Below, in pieces: positions 28,066 through 37,949 of a stretch of DNA of 64,000 nt. Each line of letters begins with the position of its first letter. Position 1 is the stretch's first letter. The notes under the pieces were generated by a model that saw only the letters and a program-made list of their open reading frames with translations, searched no databases and was not told the DNA's origin. Both the position numbers and the translations under genes were made by a program. Origin of the DNA: Candidatus Saccharibacteria bacterium UBA1235 (GTDB lineage: Bacteria > Patescibacteriota > Saccharimonadia > Saccharimonadales > Saccharimonadaceae); NCBI GenBank assembly GCA_002309075.1, contig DBWP01000015.1, forward strand, positions 1,612-65,611, given 5' to 3'.

Positions 28066-29784
28066 CTATATTGAGAATAGACAGAGTACTACGATATTTA
28101 CTACCGCAATACATGCGACTACGCGGATTCCCCACTTAAACCAAGTCGAGTAGTCCACTTTCGCAAGCGCAAGGCCGCCCATAATCGCACCACAAGTTGG
28201 TGTGATTAAGTTGACTAAACCGTTTGCTGCTACGATCGTCATCGCCGCCACGTTTGTGCTGTAGCCAAGGTTGGCTGCCACCGGCGCAATAATCGGAGTT
28301 GAAAGCGTTGCGAGTCCAGAAGAAGACGGAACAAGCACCGACAAAACCGTATGTAGCAAATAGTTCAAAGGTACGAAAGCCATTTCTGGCAAAGTCGCTA
28401 GGAATGCTGACGCATTATAGATAATATAGTTATCAAGCGCCGTTTCCGACATCAAGACTGATGCGCCACGCGCAACTGCAATGACTAAAATGACACCAAT
28501 CATATCGTCTGCACCATCAATAAATGCGTCTACGAAACCGTGTTCACCTTGACGGTTGATGATAGCGACTAAAATCGCGCAAAGTAAGAACCAAAGCGAT
28601 GCTTCGTAGAACCACCAACTACCGAGCGGTGCGCCAGTTAGCCAGCCGGTCCATGAATCGAAGAACGTAATTCCGAATTCACCCCATGGCACGAAGCCGA
28701 CAATCATTACGAGGAAGGTGATCGCAAAGACAATAAGCGTTGCGATTTGTCGACCAGTTAATTTATCGACCTCATTTTGAGCTTTTAAGAATTTACCATA
28801 GGCCTTCTCAGCTGCAGCCTGTTCGCGCAAAGACAAGAATGTCGAACCTTTATCGCGCTGAACTTTCTTCGCATATTTAATAACGAAGAATGCCGAAATT
28901 GCAAGTGTCGTCAACCAAAGAACTGTCGCGATTAAAATAATCGTACCTTGATTATATTCGATACCCGCATCTTTCATAGCTGAAAGTGCCACGCCAGTCG
29001 CAAATGGGTTGATAGTAGAACCAAGCACGCCAGAACCCGCACCAAGCAAGATGGTCGCAACACCAACGAGCGGATCAAGTCCGGCCGCAAACATTGTCGC
29101 CGCAATTAATACATAGAAACCTACGCTCTCTTCGAGGAACCCATAAGTGGTACCCAGAATCGAGAAAATAAACATGAGAAGAAGTATCAAAAGATATTCT
29201 TTACCATGTAATTTTTGTACTAAAATTTTAATTCCAGTTTCAAGAGCTTTAGTTTTAGCTACTACCGCAAGCAAACCACCAAGCATCATGATGAAAATAC
29301 ATACATCAATCGCATCAGCAAAGCCTAGAATCGGTGACATCAAAATTTGATAAAATGCCGCGCCTTCTACGCCAGTACCGTCCACAATCGCACAACCATC
29401 TTCACCATAAACTTCTTCACAAGCAGCTTTCGATTCATAAACTTCTGCCTGTTCAGTTTCGGTTGCAGTGACAACAGCCTCTGATTCACCATCTGAGACT
29501 TCAACTGTAGTTTCATTTGTAACTAACGGAGTTGACTCCACGACCGCTTCTTTTACTGGAGCTTCGCTATTTAGTCCTTCCGGAGCACTTTCGGATTCAC
29601 CTTCCCATTCGCCCGGCCCTACTTGCACACTAGACGTCTCGTCTTCTTCTACTTTTGGCGCATACTGTGCTTTTGGTAGTAAATGAGAAGAGATGCCAAG
29701 TATCATGATTAGAACCATGATAATCGAGTATGCCGAAAGCATTGCTCGACTGCGTTTCTTACTACGATTCTTCTTTCTAAACAT
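28066..29784 (-). CDS. arcD: YfcC-family arginine/ornithine antiporter
   Basis: Multiple TM helices; GTTYG..EE, STINPF, PSSSG, NL.TPT motifs; sits in the arc cluster. Confidence 0.8.
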   Translation of the reverse strand: MFRKKNRSKKRSRAMLSAYSIIMVLIMILGISSHLLPKAQYAPKVEEDETSSVQVGPGEWEGESESAPEGLNSEAPVKEAVVESTPLVTNETTVEVSDGESEAVVTATETEQAEVYESKAACEEVYGEDGCAIVDGTGVEGAAFYQILMSPILGFADAIDVCIFIMMLGGLLAVVAKTKALETGIKILVQKLHGKEYLLILLLMFIFSILGTTYGFLEESVGFYVLIAATMFAAGLDPLVGVATILLGAGSGVLGSTINPFATGVALSAMKDAGIEYNQGTIILIATVLWLTTLAISAFFVIKYAKKVQRDKGSTFLSLREQAAAEKAYGKFLKAQNEVDKLTGRQIATLIVFAITFLVMIVGFVPWGEFGITFFDSWTGWLTGAPLGSWWFYEASLWFLLCAILVAIINRQGEHGFVDAFIDGADDMIGVILVIAVARGASVLMSETALDNYIIYNASAFLATLPEMAFVPLNYLLHTVLSVLVPSSSGLATLSTPIIAPVAANLGYSTNVAAMTIVAANGLVNLITPTCGAIMGGLALAKVDYSTWFKWGIRVVACIAVVNIVVLCLFSI

Positions 29785-29832
29785 TTCGTTTCCTTTTTAA
29801 GTTAATATTATGTATGATTTCATTTAATTTCT

Positions 29833-31068
29833 TTACGCCGCTTCCTCCTCTCGTACTAATGCCATGCTCATACAATGCGAGCCACCTCGCCCGCGCGACA
29901 ATTCTGAACTTGGAATTTCAATTACCTTAATTCCGTGCCTTCTTAAGGCTCGGTTCGTCACAAAGTTTCGGTCATAAGCAATCACAACCCCCGGACGCAC
30001 ACAAAGTAAATTCACCCCGTCGCTCCATTGTTCGCGCTCTGCATCAATTCTTCTTCCATTGCCGCACTTAATCAATTCAACATGATTAAGATGTAAATAT
30101 TTTTCCAAAACTTTTTGTAAACTTTGATGAATTTCTACAATCTCAATCTCATTACCATGTCCAGCGGTAATTTCATAGATCGTTGAAATATCCATAATCG
30201 CATCTTGCACCGCAAATTTATCAACATCTACTTGCGTCATTACCGTATCAAGATGCATAAAACTTCTTTCATCTGGGATATCAATCGCAAGCACATATTT
30301 AAATTTATTATTTTTATCCTTGAATAATTTACGTGCAAAATTCGCGATCGCATCCGGTTCGGTTCGCTGCGATACGCCAATCGCAACTACCTCGTTAGAC
30401 AATACTTGAATATCACCGCCTTCAATACAATATGGCTCATCACGATCATAATATAATTTCGTATCTTCATAAAATGGATGATATTTGAAAATATATTCCG
30501 CGAAAATCGATTCCCTCGTTCTCGTCACTGACCACATTTTATGAAGCGTCGCACCATGACCAACGGTCGCCATCGGATCGCGCTGGAACAAAACATTTGG
30601 AATCGGATCCATAATCATTCGGCCAGTATCGCGCGTTGCATAAAACCCAGATACGCTACCAAGTTTTTTAAGTTCCGAAATATCAATCCCGGCAATACAT
30701 TTTCTAACCATGTCTCGCGTATCTTTTATATTATTCAAGAAATCAAAACAATGTTTCACGACTTTTGGTGATGTCACGCCAGCCTCAGCGATAAATTGTT
30801 CCAAAAACTTTTTTCTAACAGTACGCCCACCAGCTTCCAACGCTTCAGCCGTCAAATCAACTAAATACACAACTTCCACACCTTCCGATCTTAAAGCGTT
30901 TGCATAAGCATCGTGTTCTTCTTGTGCAACTTTAAGATACGGAATATCATCAAATAGTAATCTATCTAAAGTATTCGGCGTCAAATTCAAAAACTCTTCG
31001 CCCGGTCGGTGCATTAAAACTTTTTTAAGTGGAGCTATCTCGCTAAAATTAGAGATTGTATTTCTCAT
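29833..31068 (-). CDS. arcA: Arginine deiminase
   Basis: LLFDDIP, PN..FQRD, EGGD, FMHLDTV, SELSRGRGGSHCMS. Confidence 0.96.
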   Translation of the reverse strand: MRNTISNFSEIAPLKKVLMHRPGEEFLNLTPNTLDRLLFDDIPYLKVAQEEHDAYANALRSEGVEVVYLVDLTAEALEAGGRTVRKKFLEQFIAEAGVTSPKVVKHCFDFLNNIKDTRDMVRKCIAGIDISELKKLGSVSGFYATRDTGRMIMDPIPNVLFQRDPMATVGHGATLHKMWSVTRTRESIFAEYIFKYHPFYEDTKLYYDRDEPYCIEGGDIQVLSNEVVAIGVSQRTEPDAIANFARKLFKDKNNKFKYVLAIDIPDERSFMHLDTVMTQVDVDKFAVQDAIMDISTIYEITAGHGNEIEIVEIHQSLQKVLEKYLHLNHVELIKCGNGRRIDAEREQWSDGVNLLCVRPGVVIAYDRNFVTNRALRRHGIKVIEIPSSELSRGRGGSHCMSMALVREEEAA

Positions 31069-32075
31069 TTGCCTCCTTTATTATCACCATATAATGTTAG
31101 ATACATTACTGCTTTAATTGTATGCATTCTATTTTCTGCTTCATCAAACACGACCGAATATTTCGACTCAAACACTTCGTTTGTTACTTCCATTTCAGAA
31201 ATTCCAAATTTTTCATTCACATCTTTTGCTACACTTGTATTAAGATCATGGAACGAAGGCAAACAATGTAGGAAAATCGCGCCTGGTCTCGCCGTCTGCA
31301 TCATTTCCATCGTTACACGATAAGGCTCTAGTTGTTCAATTCTCTCACCCCATTTTTCTTTATCTTCACCAAGCGACAACCAAACATCAGTATAAATCGC
31401 ATCCGCCGTTTCCTTCAACTTATTAATATCATCCGTTACTGTAATTTTTGCGCCATTTTTCTTCGCAATCGGCTGGCAAATCGCCAAAATCTCATCCGAA
31501 GGCTTTAACTCTTTCGGGCCACAAGCAATATAATTCATTCCCATTTTTGCGCTCATCGCCATTAAGGAATTTGATACGTTATTATGCGTATCACCTACAA
31601 AAGCTAAAGTTTTACCCTTAAGATTACCACCCAATTTTTCTTCCATCGTCATAAAATCTGCCAAAGCCTGAGTTGGATGACAAGAATCGGTTAAACCGTT
31701 CCAAACCGGAACGTCTGCATATTTCGCAAGCTCTTCCACTGTTTCTTGTTTGAAGCCGCGAAATTCAATTCCATCATAAAATCTCGCAAGCACTCGCGCC
31801 GTATCCGCAGTGGACTCCTTATGCCCCATTTGCGAACCAGTTGGATCAAGATATGTTACCCCCATCCCAAGATCATAACCCGCAACCTCAAACGCACACC
31901 TAGTCCTCGTCGAAGTCTTCTCGAACACAATCGCAATATTTTTATTTGGAAAATATTTATGATTCTGTCCCTTTTTCTTCATTTCTTTAAATTTTTTTGC
32001 CACATTTAGCATATAGTGAAGTTCTTCTTCACTAAAGTCTAGAATTCTTAAGAAATCTTTTCCTGCAAAATCCAT
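31065..32075 (-). CDS. arcB: Ornithine carbamoyltransferase
   Basis: FEKTSTRTR, HPTQ, YTDVW, FLHCLP, EAENRMH. Confidence 0.96.
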   Translation of the reverse strand: MDFAGKDFLRILDFSEEELHYMLNVAKKFKEMKKKGQNHKYFPNKNIAIVFEKTSTRTRCAFEVAGYDLGMGVTYLDPTGSQMGHKESTADTARVLARFYDGIEFRGFKQETVEELAKYADVPVWNGLTDSCHPTQALADFMTMEEKLGGNLKGKTLAFVGDTHNNVSNSLMAMSAKMGMNYIACGPKELKPSDEILAICQPIAKKNGAKITVTDDINKLKETADAIYTDVWLSLGEDKEKWGERIEQLEPYRVTMEMMQTARPGAIFLHCLPSFHDLNTSVAKDVNEKFGISEMEVTNEVFESKYSVVFDEAENRMHTIKAVMYLTLYGDNKGGK

Positions 32076-32154
32076 TATTTAATGCCCTTCCTATTTACTA
32101 TATATTATATAACTTTAGTTTTTTAAACACAAGCGTTTATGCTATAATAAAACC

Positions 32155-33099
32155 ATGAAAAAACCACGTGTTGTCTTAGCGTTAGGCGGAAATGCATTAC
32201 AAAAAAATGGCGAAGCCACCGCTGAAGCTCAAAAAAAAGTTGCCGAAACAGTTGGCGAAATCGTTGCTGAACTCGCAAATAATTATGAAATAATTATTTC
32301 GCACGGTAACGGCCCTCAGGTTGGTAATATTTTAATTCATGAAGAACAAGCCGCAACCGACAAAGCACCTGCTATGCCGCTTGAAACCGCCGTTGCGATG
32401 AGCCAAGGCCAAATCGGCTACTGGCTTTCTCAGGCTATTTATAATGTCTTCGCAAGCAAAAACAAGCGAAAAAATGTCGCGACGATTATTTCTCAAGTCG
32501 TAGTTGATAGAACCGATCCGGCATTCAAGAATCCATCTAAACCTATTGGTCAATTTTATTCCGAAAAAGAGGCTAAAAACCTTGCAAAACAAAAAGGCTG
32601 GACAGTTAAAGAAGATTCTGGACGTGGCTGGCGTCGCGTAGTCGCATCGCCTAAACCTATCGACATAGTCGAAAAACGAGCTATTATGGATTTATTAGAT
32701 GATGGAGCAATCGTAATCGCTACTGGCGGTGGTGGCATCCCAGTTACTAGAACTAAAATATTAAAACGCTTAAAAGGCGTTGACGCTGTAATCGATAAAG
32801 ATTATGCCGCTGAAAAACTTGCTGAACTAGTAAAGGCTGATATCTTCGTTTCTGTCACAGCCGTACCAAACGCTTATCTTAATTATGGTTTAACCACCCA
32901 AGAAAAGATCGGTCATATCACCGCAAGCGAAGTTGAACGTCTAAAAAAATACGGTTATTTTAAAGCCGGTTCAATGCTTCCAAAAATAGATGCTGCTGCT
33001 AAATTTGCTAAACGTGGCGGCACTGGCATCATTACCGACATCGCCAGCTTAAAAGCCGCCTTAAACGGCAAAGCCGGAACCATTATTACGAAAAATTAA
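32155..33099 (+). CDS. arcC: Carbamate kinase
   Basis: ALGGNAL, HGNGPQVG, PSKPIG, RRVVASP, GGGGIP, DKD, GSMLPK. Confidence 0.97.
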   Translation: MKKPRVVLALGGNALQKNGEATAEAQKKVAETVGEIVAELANNYEIIISHGNGPQVGNILIHEEQAATDKAPAMPLETAVAMSQGQIGYWLSQAIYNVFASKNKRKNVATIISQVVVDRTDPAFKNPSKPIGQFYSEKEAKNLAKQKGWTVKEDSGRGWRRVVASPKPIDIVEKRAIMDLLDDGAIVIATGGGGIPVTRTKILKRLKGVDAVIDKDYAAEKLAELVKADIFVSVTAVPNAYLNYGLTTQEKIGHITASEVERLKKYGYFKAGSMLPKIDAAAKFAKRGGTGIITDIASLKAALNGKAGTIITKN

Positions 33100-34220
33100 T
33101 TTAATAATTTTTTAAGTTCTAATTTATAAGCCTCAACACCAGGCTGATCAAACGGGTTAACACCCGCAAGTTTTGCTGAAATCGCGCAACTCATTTCAAA
33201 GAAATAAATTAGCTCGCCGAATCCTTTTTCATCAAAAGTCGGAACGTTAATCGTAAGAACTGGAATTCCTCCTGCGCCATGCGCCTTCTTTACCGCTTCC
33301 ACTATTTTCATATTCATTTCATCAGTCGGAAAATCAATAATCGTTTCCCACAAATTTCTTCGTCCATCCTGCATGAACTGACCCAAAGAATGTAAATCAG
33401 TTGAATAAATTACGCTCGCCGGGAAAATCCCCTGCCGATTTTTCCCTTCACTTTCACCAAATAGCTGTTTTAGCCATTCATTAAAATACATCGTCGCCGG
33501 CTCAAAACTTGCAAAAACTTCCGTATCGTAACCACGTCCGCTTAAGATATGTCGCATAGAAGCATATTGCGCCATACTCGTCGTGTCATCCATCATTTCT
33601 TTTGCCCCAGCAAGCAACTGATCAATATCAATTCCTGCTGCCGCGAGCGGCAAAAGTCCAACCGCGGTCAGAACCGAATACCGTCCACCAATATTATCCG
33701 GCACCACAAATCTCGTATAACCTTTCTCGACCGCCTCATCGTGTAAAGTTCCTTTATTCGCGTCGGTCGTCGCATAAATCCTTTTTACCGCTTCCGCCTC
33801 TCCATATTTCTCAATCAATTTTTGCTTAAAAACGTTAAACGCGAGCGCCGGCTCTAAAGTTGTTCCAGATTTTGAAATTACGTTAATCGAAAAATCCTTA
33901 TCTCCGACTTCATTTATTGCATTTAGAAGCTCCCTCTGGCTTAAAGAATTCCCAGCATAAACAATCTCGACCCCTTTTGGCCTTAAAGCCTCAATTATCG
34001 CACGGTGTCCAAGATAAGATCCACCAATTCCAATACAAACCAAGACCTCCGAAGTTTCTTTAATTTCCACCGCAGCTTGCTTAATTTTTGCAAGCTCTTC
34101 CGCGTCGAAATTATTTGGCAACGTCGCCCAACCGCCCATCGGATCGGCTATAATTTCATCTAAAATTTCTCTAATCTGATTTTTATTGACTTCCGTCTCA
34201 AAATTCACTGTTATCATCAT
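33096..34220 (-). CDS. pgi: Glucose-6-phosphate isomerase (short form)
   Basis: GIGGSYLG, SKSGTTLE, GGRYSVL, QLFGESEGK, DLHSLGQ, NPFDQPGVE.YK. Confidence 0.96.
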   Translation of the reverse strand: MMITVNFETEVNKNQIREILDEIIADPMGGWATLPNNFDAEELAKIKQAAVEIKETSEVLVCIGIGGSYLGHRAIIEALRPKGVEIVYAGNSLSQRELLNAINEVGDKDFSINVISKSGTTLEPALAFNVFKQKLIEKYGEAEAVKRIYATTDANKGTLHDEAVEKGYTRFVVPDNIGGRYSVLTAVGLLPLAAAGIDIDQLLAGAKEMMDDTTSMAQYASMRHILSGRGYDTEVFASFEPATMYFNEWLKQLFGESEGKNRQGIFPASVIYSTDLHSLGQFMQDGRRNLWETIIDFPTDEMNMKIVEAVKKAHGAGGIPVLTINVPTFDEKGFGELIYFFEMSCAISAKLAGVNPFDQPGVEAYKLELKKLLN

Positions 34221-34270
34221 TACCTCCTAGCTTAATATTATTATAACACTTTATGATATAATTACACTGT

Positions 34271-34357
34271 GCCCGCTTGGCGGAATTGGTAGACGCGCTA
34301 GCTTCAGGTGCTAGTGACTTTGCGGTCGTGAGAGTTCAAGTCTCTCAGTGGGCACCA
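34271..34357 (+). tRNA. tRNA-Leu (CAG)
   Basis: Acceptor GCCCGCT/AGTGGGC, anticodon arm ctagc-ttCAGgt-gctag, long variable arm, TTCAAG, encoded CCA. Confidence 0.95.
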
Positions 34358-34743
34358 TTTTTGTATTTATTTATTGCATCAGCTAAAGCCTCGTGCCCAA
34401 GCACGGAACAATGAAATTTATGTTTCGGTAAATTCCCTAAATAATCGTCGATTTCTTTTGCAGAAATTAGAAGTGCATCGTCTAAAGTTCTTCCTTTTGC
34501 AAGCTCGGACAAGGCCGAAGTCGACGCAATCGCCGACGCGCACCCATAAGTTTTCCAACGTATATCAACAATTTTGTTATCTTTAACTTTAATATACATT
34601 TTCATTTGGTCGCCACAAATTGGATTTCCGACTAACCCCGCAGCATCATAATCAAAATTACTTTCGTCCCCCATTAAAAAATTCCGCGGATGCAAAAAAT
34701 GTTCTTTTACTTTTTCGCTATAAATCCAATCCTCATTTTCCAT
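34345..34743 (-). CDS. iscU: Fe-S scaffold IscU/NifU-like protein
   Basis: GNPICGD, GCASAIAS, HCSVL. Confidence 0.92.
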   Translation of the reverse strand: MENEDWIYSEKVKEHFLHPRNFLMGDESNFDYDAAGLVGNPICGDQMKMYIKVKDNKIVDIRWKTYGCASAIASTSALSELAKGRTLDDALLISAKEIDDYLGNLPKHKFHCSVLGHEALADAINKYKNGAH

Positions 34744-35822
34744 TATTTCTCCTCTATTTTTATTGTACTAATTTTTTGCAACCGATCAATTATTTTTGGC
34801 AAAACTTCCATCACTTTATCAATATCTTCTTTTGTATTATCTAAACCAAACGAAAAACGAATCGACGAGTGCGCCACTTCCGCATCACCAGTTTTCGCCA
34901 TTAAGACATGGCTGGGCTTAATATCTCCCGCTGCGCAAGCCGAACCTGTCGATACAATAATTCCTTCCGCATCAAGATATAACTGAATCGATTCCCCTTC
35001 CGCCGCCTGGAAAGATGCGTTTAGAATATTCGGTAACGACTTTCCTGGCTGAAGATCCGTATTAAGACTACTTTTTGGAATTTCCTTTAAAATTCTTTCT
35101 GCAAGTTCGTCACGAAGACTGCGAACCTCTCCATCATATTTTTTCCAAGTTTTATTTTCTAGCATATATTTTAATGCCGCACCAAATCCAATAATCCCAA
35201 CCGTATTATAAGTTCCCCCACGACGTTTTTTCTCCTGATTCCCGCCAATAATCAACGGCTCAAACGGCGCCCCTTCTTTTATGTAAAGCGCACCCACGCC
35301 AACCGGCCCACCAATTTTATGTGCACTAAAAGTCGCGTAATCTATATCGAGCTCTTTAACGTCGATCGGGATTTTTCCAAGCACCTGCGTTAAATCAGAA
35401 TGAACATACGCGCCTTGTTTTTTTGCTTCTTTAACTATTTTTTTAATATCTAAAAATTCGCCAATTTCATTATTCGCTAACATATAAGAATATAGTTTCG
35501 GCGTCTTCTCGCCAGAATACTTTTTCGCAGCCTCAATCACGGAATGATGCTCTAAAGGCGAAGTCTCAATCTTATGTCCTTCAAAAGTACGAATAACCGT
35601 ATTATTAGACTCGCTCGCTCCGGACGTGAAAATAATCTCCGTGGGCTTCGCGTTAATCGCTTTCGCGAGTAACTCCCTCGCATCCTCAATTTCATTCATC
35701 GCCAAATGCCCTGGAGTATGTAGGGCCGATGCATTCGCAAAATATTTATTTTCTGCTTTATGCATTGCGTCTAAAACTCCCGGTAGCATCGGCACCGTCG
35801 CCGCAAAATCTAAATACACCAT
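34743..35822 (-). CDS. iscS: Cysteine desulfurase IscS/NifS
   Basis: YLDFAAT, NNEIG, HSD, SAHKIGGP.GVGALY, STGSAC. Confidence 0.93.
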   Translation of the reverse strand: MVYLDFAATVPMLPGVLDAMHKAENKYFANASALHTPGHLAMNEIEDARELLAKAINAKPTEIIFTSGASESNNTVIRTFEGHKIETSPLEHHSVIEAAKKYSGEKTPKLYSYMLANNEIGEFLDIKKIVKEAKKQGAYVHSDLTQVLGKIPIDVKELDIDYATFSAHKIGGPVGVGALYIKEGAPFEPLIIGGNQEKKRRGGTYNTVGIIGFGAALKYMLENKTWKKYDGEVRSLRDELAERILKEIPKSSLNTDLQPGKSLPNILNASFQAAEGESIQLYLDAEGIIVSTGSACAAGDIKPSHVLMAKTGDAEVAHSSIRFSFGLDNTKEDIDKVMEVLPKIIDRLQKISTIKIEEK

Positions 35823-35842
35823 TTTCTGTATTATATCATGAA

Positions 35843-37912
35843 CTAAGAAGTCTTGAAAATGCAGCGAGCATATAACCCGGCGCTACTCGATAAATCGTAG
35901 CCAGAATATATACTGCCGTAATTTGCGTATAAAGAAAGCGGTAGATTATTATCATCGGCATCTGCAGTCCACCAAGCAGCGTGATCAACCCAGGAGAACC
36001 AAGTGTCTGGACCCTGTTGTCCTACAAAAATCACACCTCCACCTACCGCAGGATACCAATAATCGTTTAGTATCTCTATATCGAAAGCAAACTCATCAGA
36101 CTTAGGAATTCGCCACCCCGCCGGACAAATATCCTGGCTTATCGCGTTAGCCGTATAATCGCTAAGGCAGGACGTCCCGGCAGATACCGCACAATAATTA
36201 TACCAAGCGCCATAATCTGAATTTCCACTATAAGTAGCAACCGGTTGGCCTGAGATGGCATCAGGGCTAGAATTATTAGGATCAAAATCTACGCCCGACG
36301 AAGTGATATCGAAATCCGAACCAGAATAATTCGAAAGACCATCCTTCTTCACCGTACCAATAAACCTAAGATTTTGGTTCATCCAATATTCGCCACCGAT
36401 ATTCATAATCTGATACTCGTTTCCGTCACGTTTATCCGTAAGCGTGGTTGTATCGCCGTTACTTGGCATAAGTTCTGCGAGTTTTGCGCTCGTCACGCTC
36501 TGCATGGTTGGGGCGTCGTAAACGCAGCGTATAGAGTAGCCGTAGTTGCGTCTACTGCCACCCTGCGGATAGACCTTCGACGCGTAGACGCTGAGGAGGT
36601 ACATATTCGTGGTACTGCCGTATGCAGAAGACCAGAAGCCGCCGTTTGAGCCCTGATTGCCAGCTGAGCCATTGTAGAAGTAGCCAGAGAGGGGCGTTTT
36701 AAGGGCGTTTACGAAGGATGCGGCGTTACTAGAGTGAGCTGCGTAAAGGGTCTGGTATTCGCCGGTTGGCATTCTCCAGCCTTTAGGACAGATGTCTTCT
36801 GTGGCGTTACCGGATGGAGAACCTTCGCTTGTTCCGTTACCATAGCAATACGATCCTGCCGAGGCGGCGCAATAGTTGTAGTAGACGCCTACCTTGCCAG
36901 TTCCAGACTGACCCATAGCGAGAGGTTGGGTAGTATCTTTATTTGTGGCGTTAACTAGTGGAGCGGAGTAGCTATAAGACGAGGTCCAGTTTGAGACGCC
37001 AGCGGTAGCATATTGGTCTCCTGCAGAGCGAGCGCCGTGTTGTAGGCTTTCAATTGAAGTCGTGGTAGCGTTAGTATTAGTTTTGGAGAGATTATTTAGA
37101 ACTGTAGAATTCGTAAGATCTAATGCGAGATTATCTAGCATCCAGTAGTTACCATCGGCGAGTTTTCCGATCGTGTATTTTGTTCCATCACGTTCGTCTT
37201 TTACCGTAGTCGTAGATCCGCTACTCGGCATGAGTGATGCGAGCGTAGACGTCGTTATATTTTGCATAATCGGGGTTGGGTCTGGGTTTGCCGTGGCCGC
37301 AAAAATGATCGTCGTAGAATAGGCTCCCGGAGCCTGAGTCGCATTAACTTTAGACCCAAAAGAAAGATAAGTTGGATCGTTTGCGATACCGTTGCTGCCG
37401 TCAGCCCCAGTCCATTTATTTAATGTAACGCTTGTTGGCACCGGAAGATAATTCGTTGCGGCCCGAGTACGAGTCGCGCTGTTAATCTTATAACCCCAAC
37501 GGTTCACGGTAAAGTCACAAGTATCTGCAGTCTCCGGAGTACAAGTATATCCCCCGGATTTAGAAGCTAAATTAGAGATCGTATTATTCTCTAAAGATGT
37601 TAGTTTTCTATTCGCTACACTCATAACTAGCGTATAACCAAAGTCGTTATTCGTAGAAACGCTAATCGTCACGTTCTTTTCATTAAAAGCCGCAGAAGAT
37701 AAAGAAGCCGGAGCAACATTTAATGAAGCTTTAGCCGTATCTCCCGTTCCATCTGTGTTTACTTTTACTTCAAGGATCGGATCATTTGGGACAGTAAGCT
37801 GAACATTATATCCCGAACCAGCCGCAAAAACATCAGAAAATAGAAAAACTGCGCCGCTTAAAAGACATACGACCCCTCCGCGGAGGACATTCTTTAAAAA
37901 CCCTCTTGTCAT
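35843..37912 (-). CDS. Surface protein with WxL-like N-domain and two Fib_succ_major domains (paralog of 3472-5497)
   Basis: Signal peptide MTRGFLKNVLRGGVVCLL...VFA after TGCTATAAT-N6; same domain motifs as the paralog. Confidence 0.85.
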   Translation of the reverse strand: MTRGFLKNVLRGGVVCLLSGAVFLFSDVFAAGSGYNVQLTVPNDPILEVKVNTDGTGDTAKASLNVAPASLSSAAFNEKNVTISVSTNNDFGYTLVMSVANRKLTSLENNTISNLASKSGGYTCTPETADTCDFTVNRWGYKINSATRTRAATNYLPVPTSVTLNKWTGADGSNGIANDPTYLSFGSKVNATQAPGAYSTTIIFAATANPDPTPIMQNITTSTLASLMPSSGSTTTVKDERDGTKYTIGKLADGNYWMLDNLALDLTNSTVLNNLSKTNTNATTTSIESLQHGARSAGDQYATAGVSNWTSSYSYSAPLVNATNKDTTQPLAMGQSGTGKVGVYYNYCAASAGSYCYGNGTSEGSPSGNATEDICPKGWRMPTGEYQTLYAAHSSNAASFVNALKTPLSGYFYNGSAGNQGSNGGFWSSAYGSTTNMYLLSVYASKVYPQGGSRRNYGYSIRCVYDAPTMQSVTSAKLAELMPSNGDTTTLTDKRDGNEYQIMNIGGEYWMNQNLRFIGTVKKDGLSNYSGSDFDITSSGVDFDPNNSSPDAISGQPVATYSGNSDYGAWYNYCAVSAGTSCLSDYTANAISQDICPAGWRIPKSDEFAFDIEILNDYWYPAVGGGVIFVGQQGPDTWFSWVDHAAWWTADADDNNLPLSLYANYGSIYSGYDLSSSAGLYARCIFKTS

Positions 37913-37949
37913 ATATTTATTATAGCACAAGCAAGATGAAAAACTAGGA

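Noticed and set aside
37876-37888. Small palindrome cctccgcggagg in the FISUMP-2 signal peptide
   Set aside because: Only 12 bp, includes a restriction-site-like core and shares no motif with the palindromic element family.
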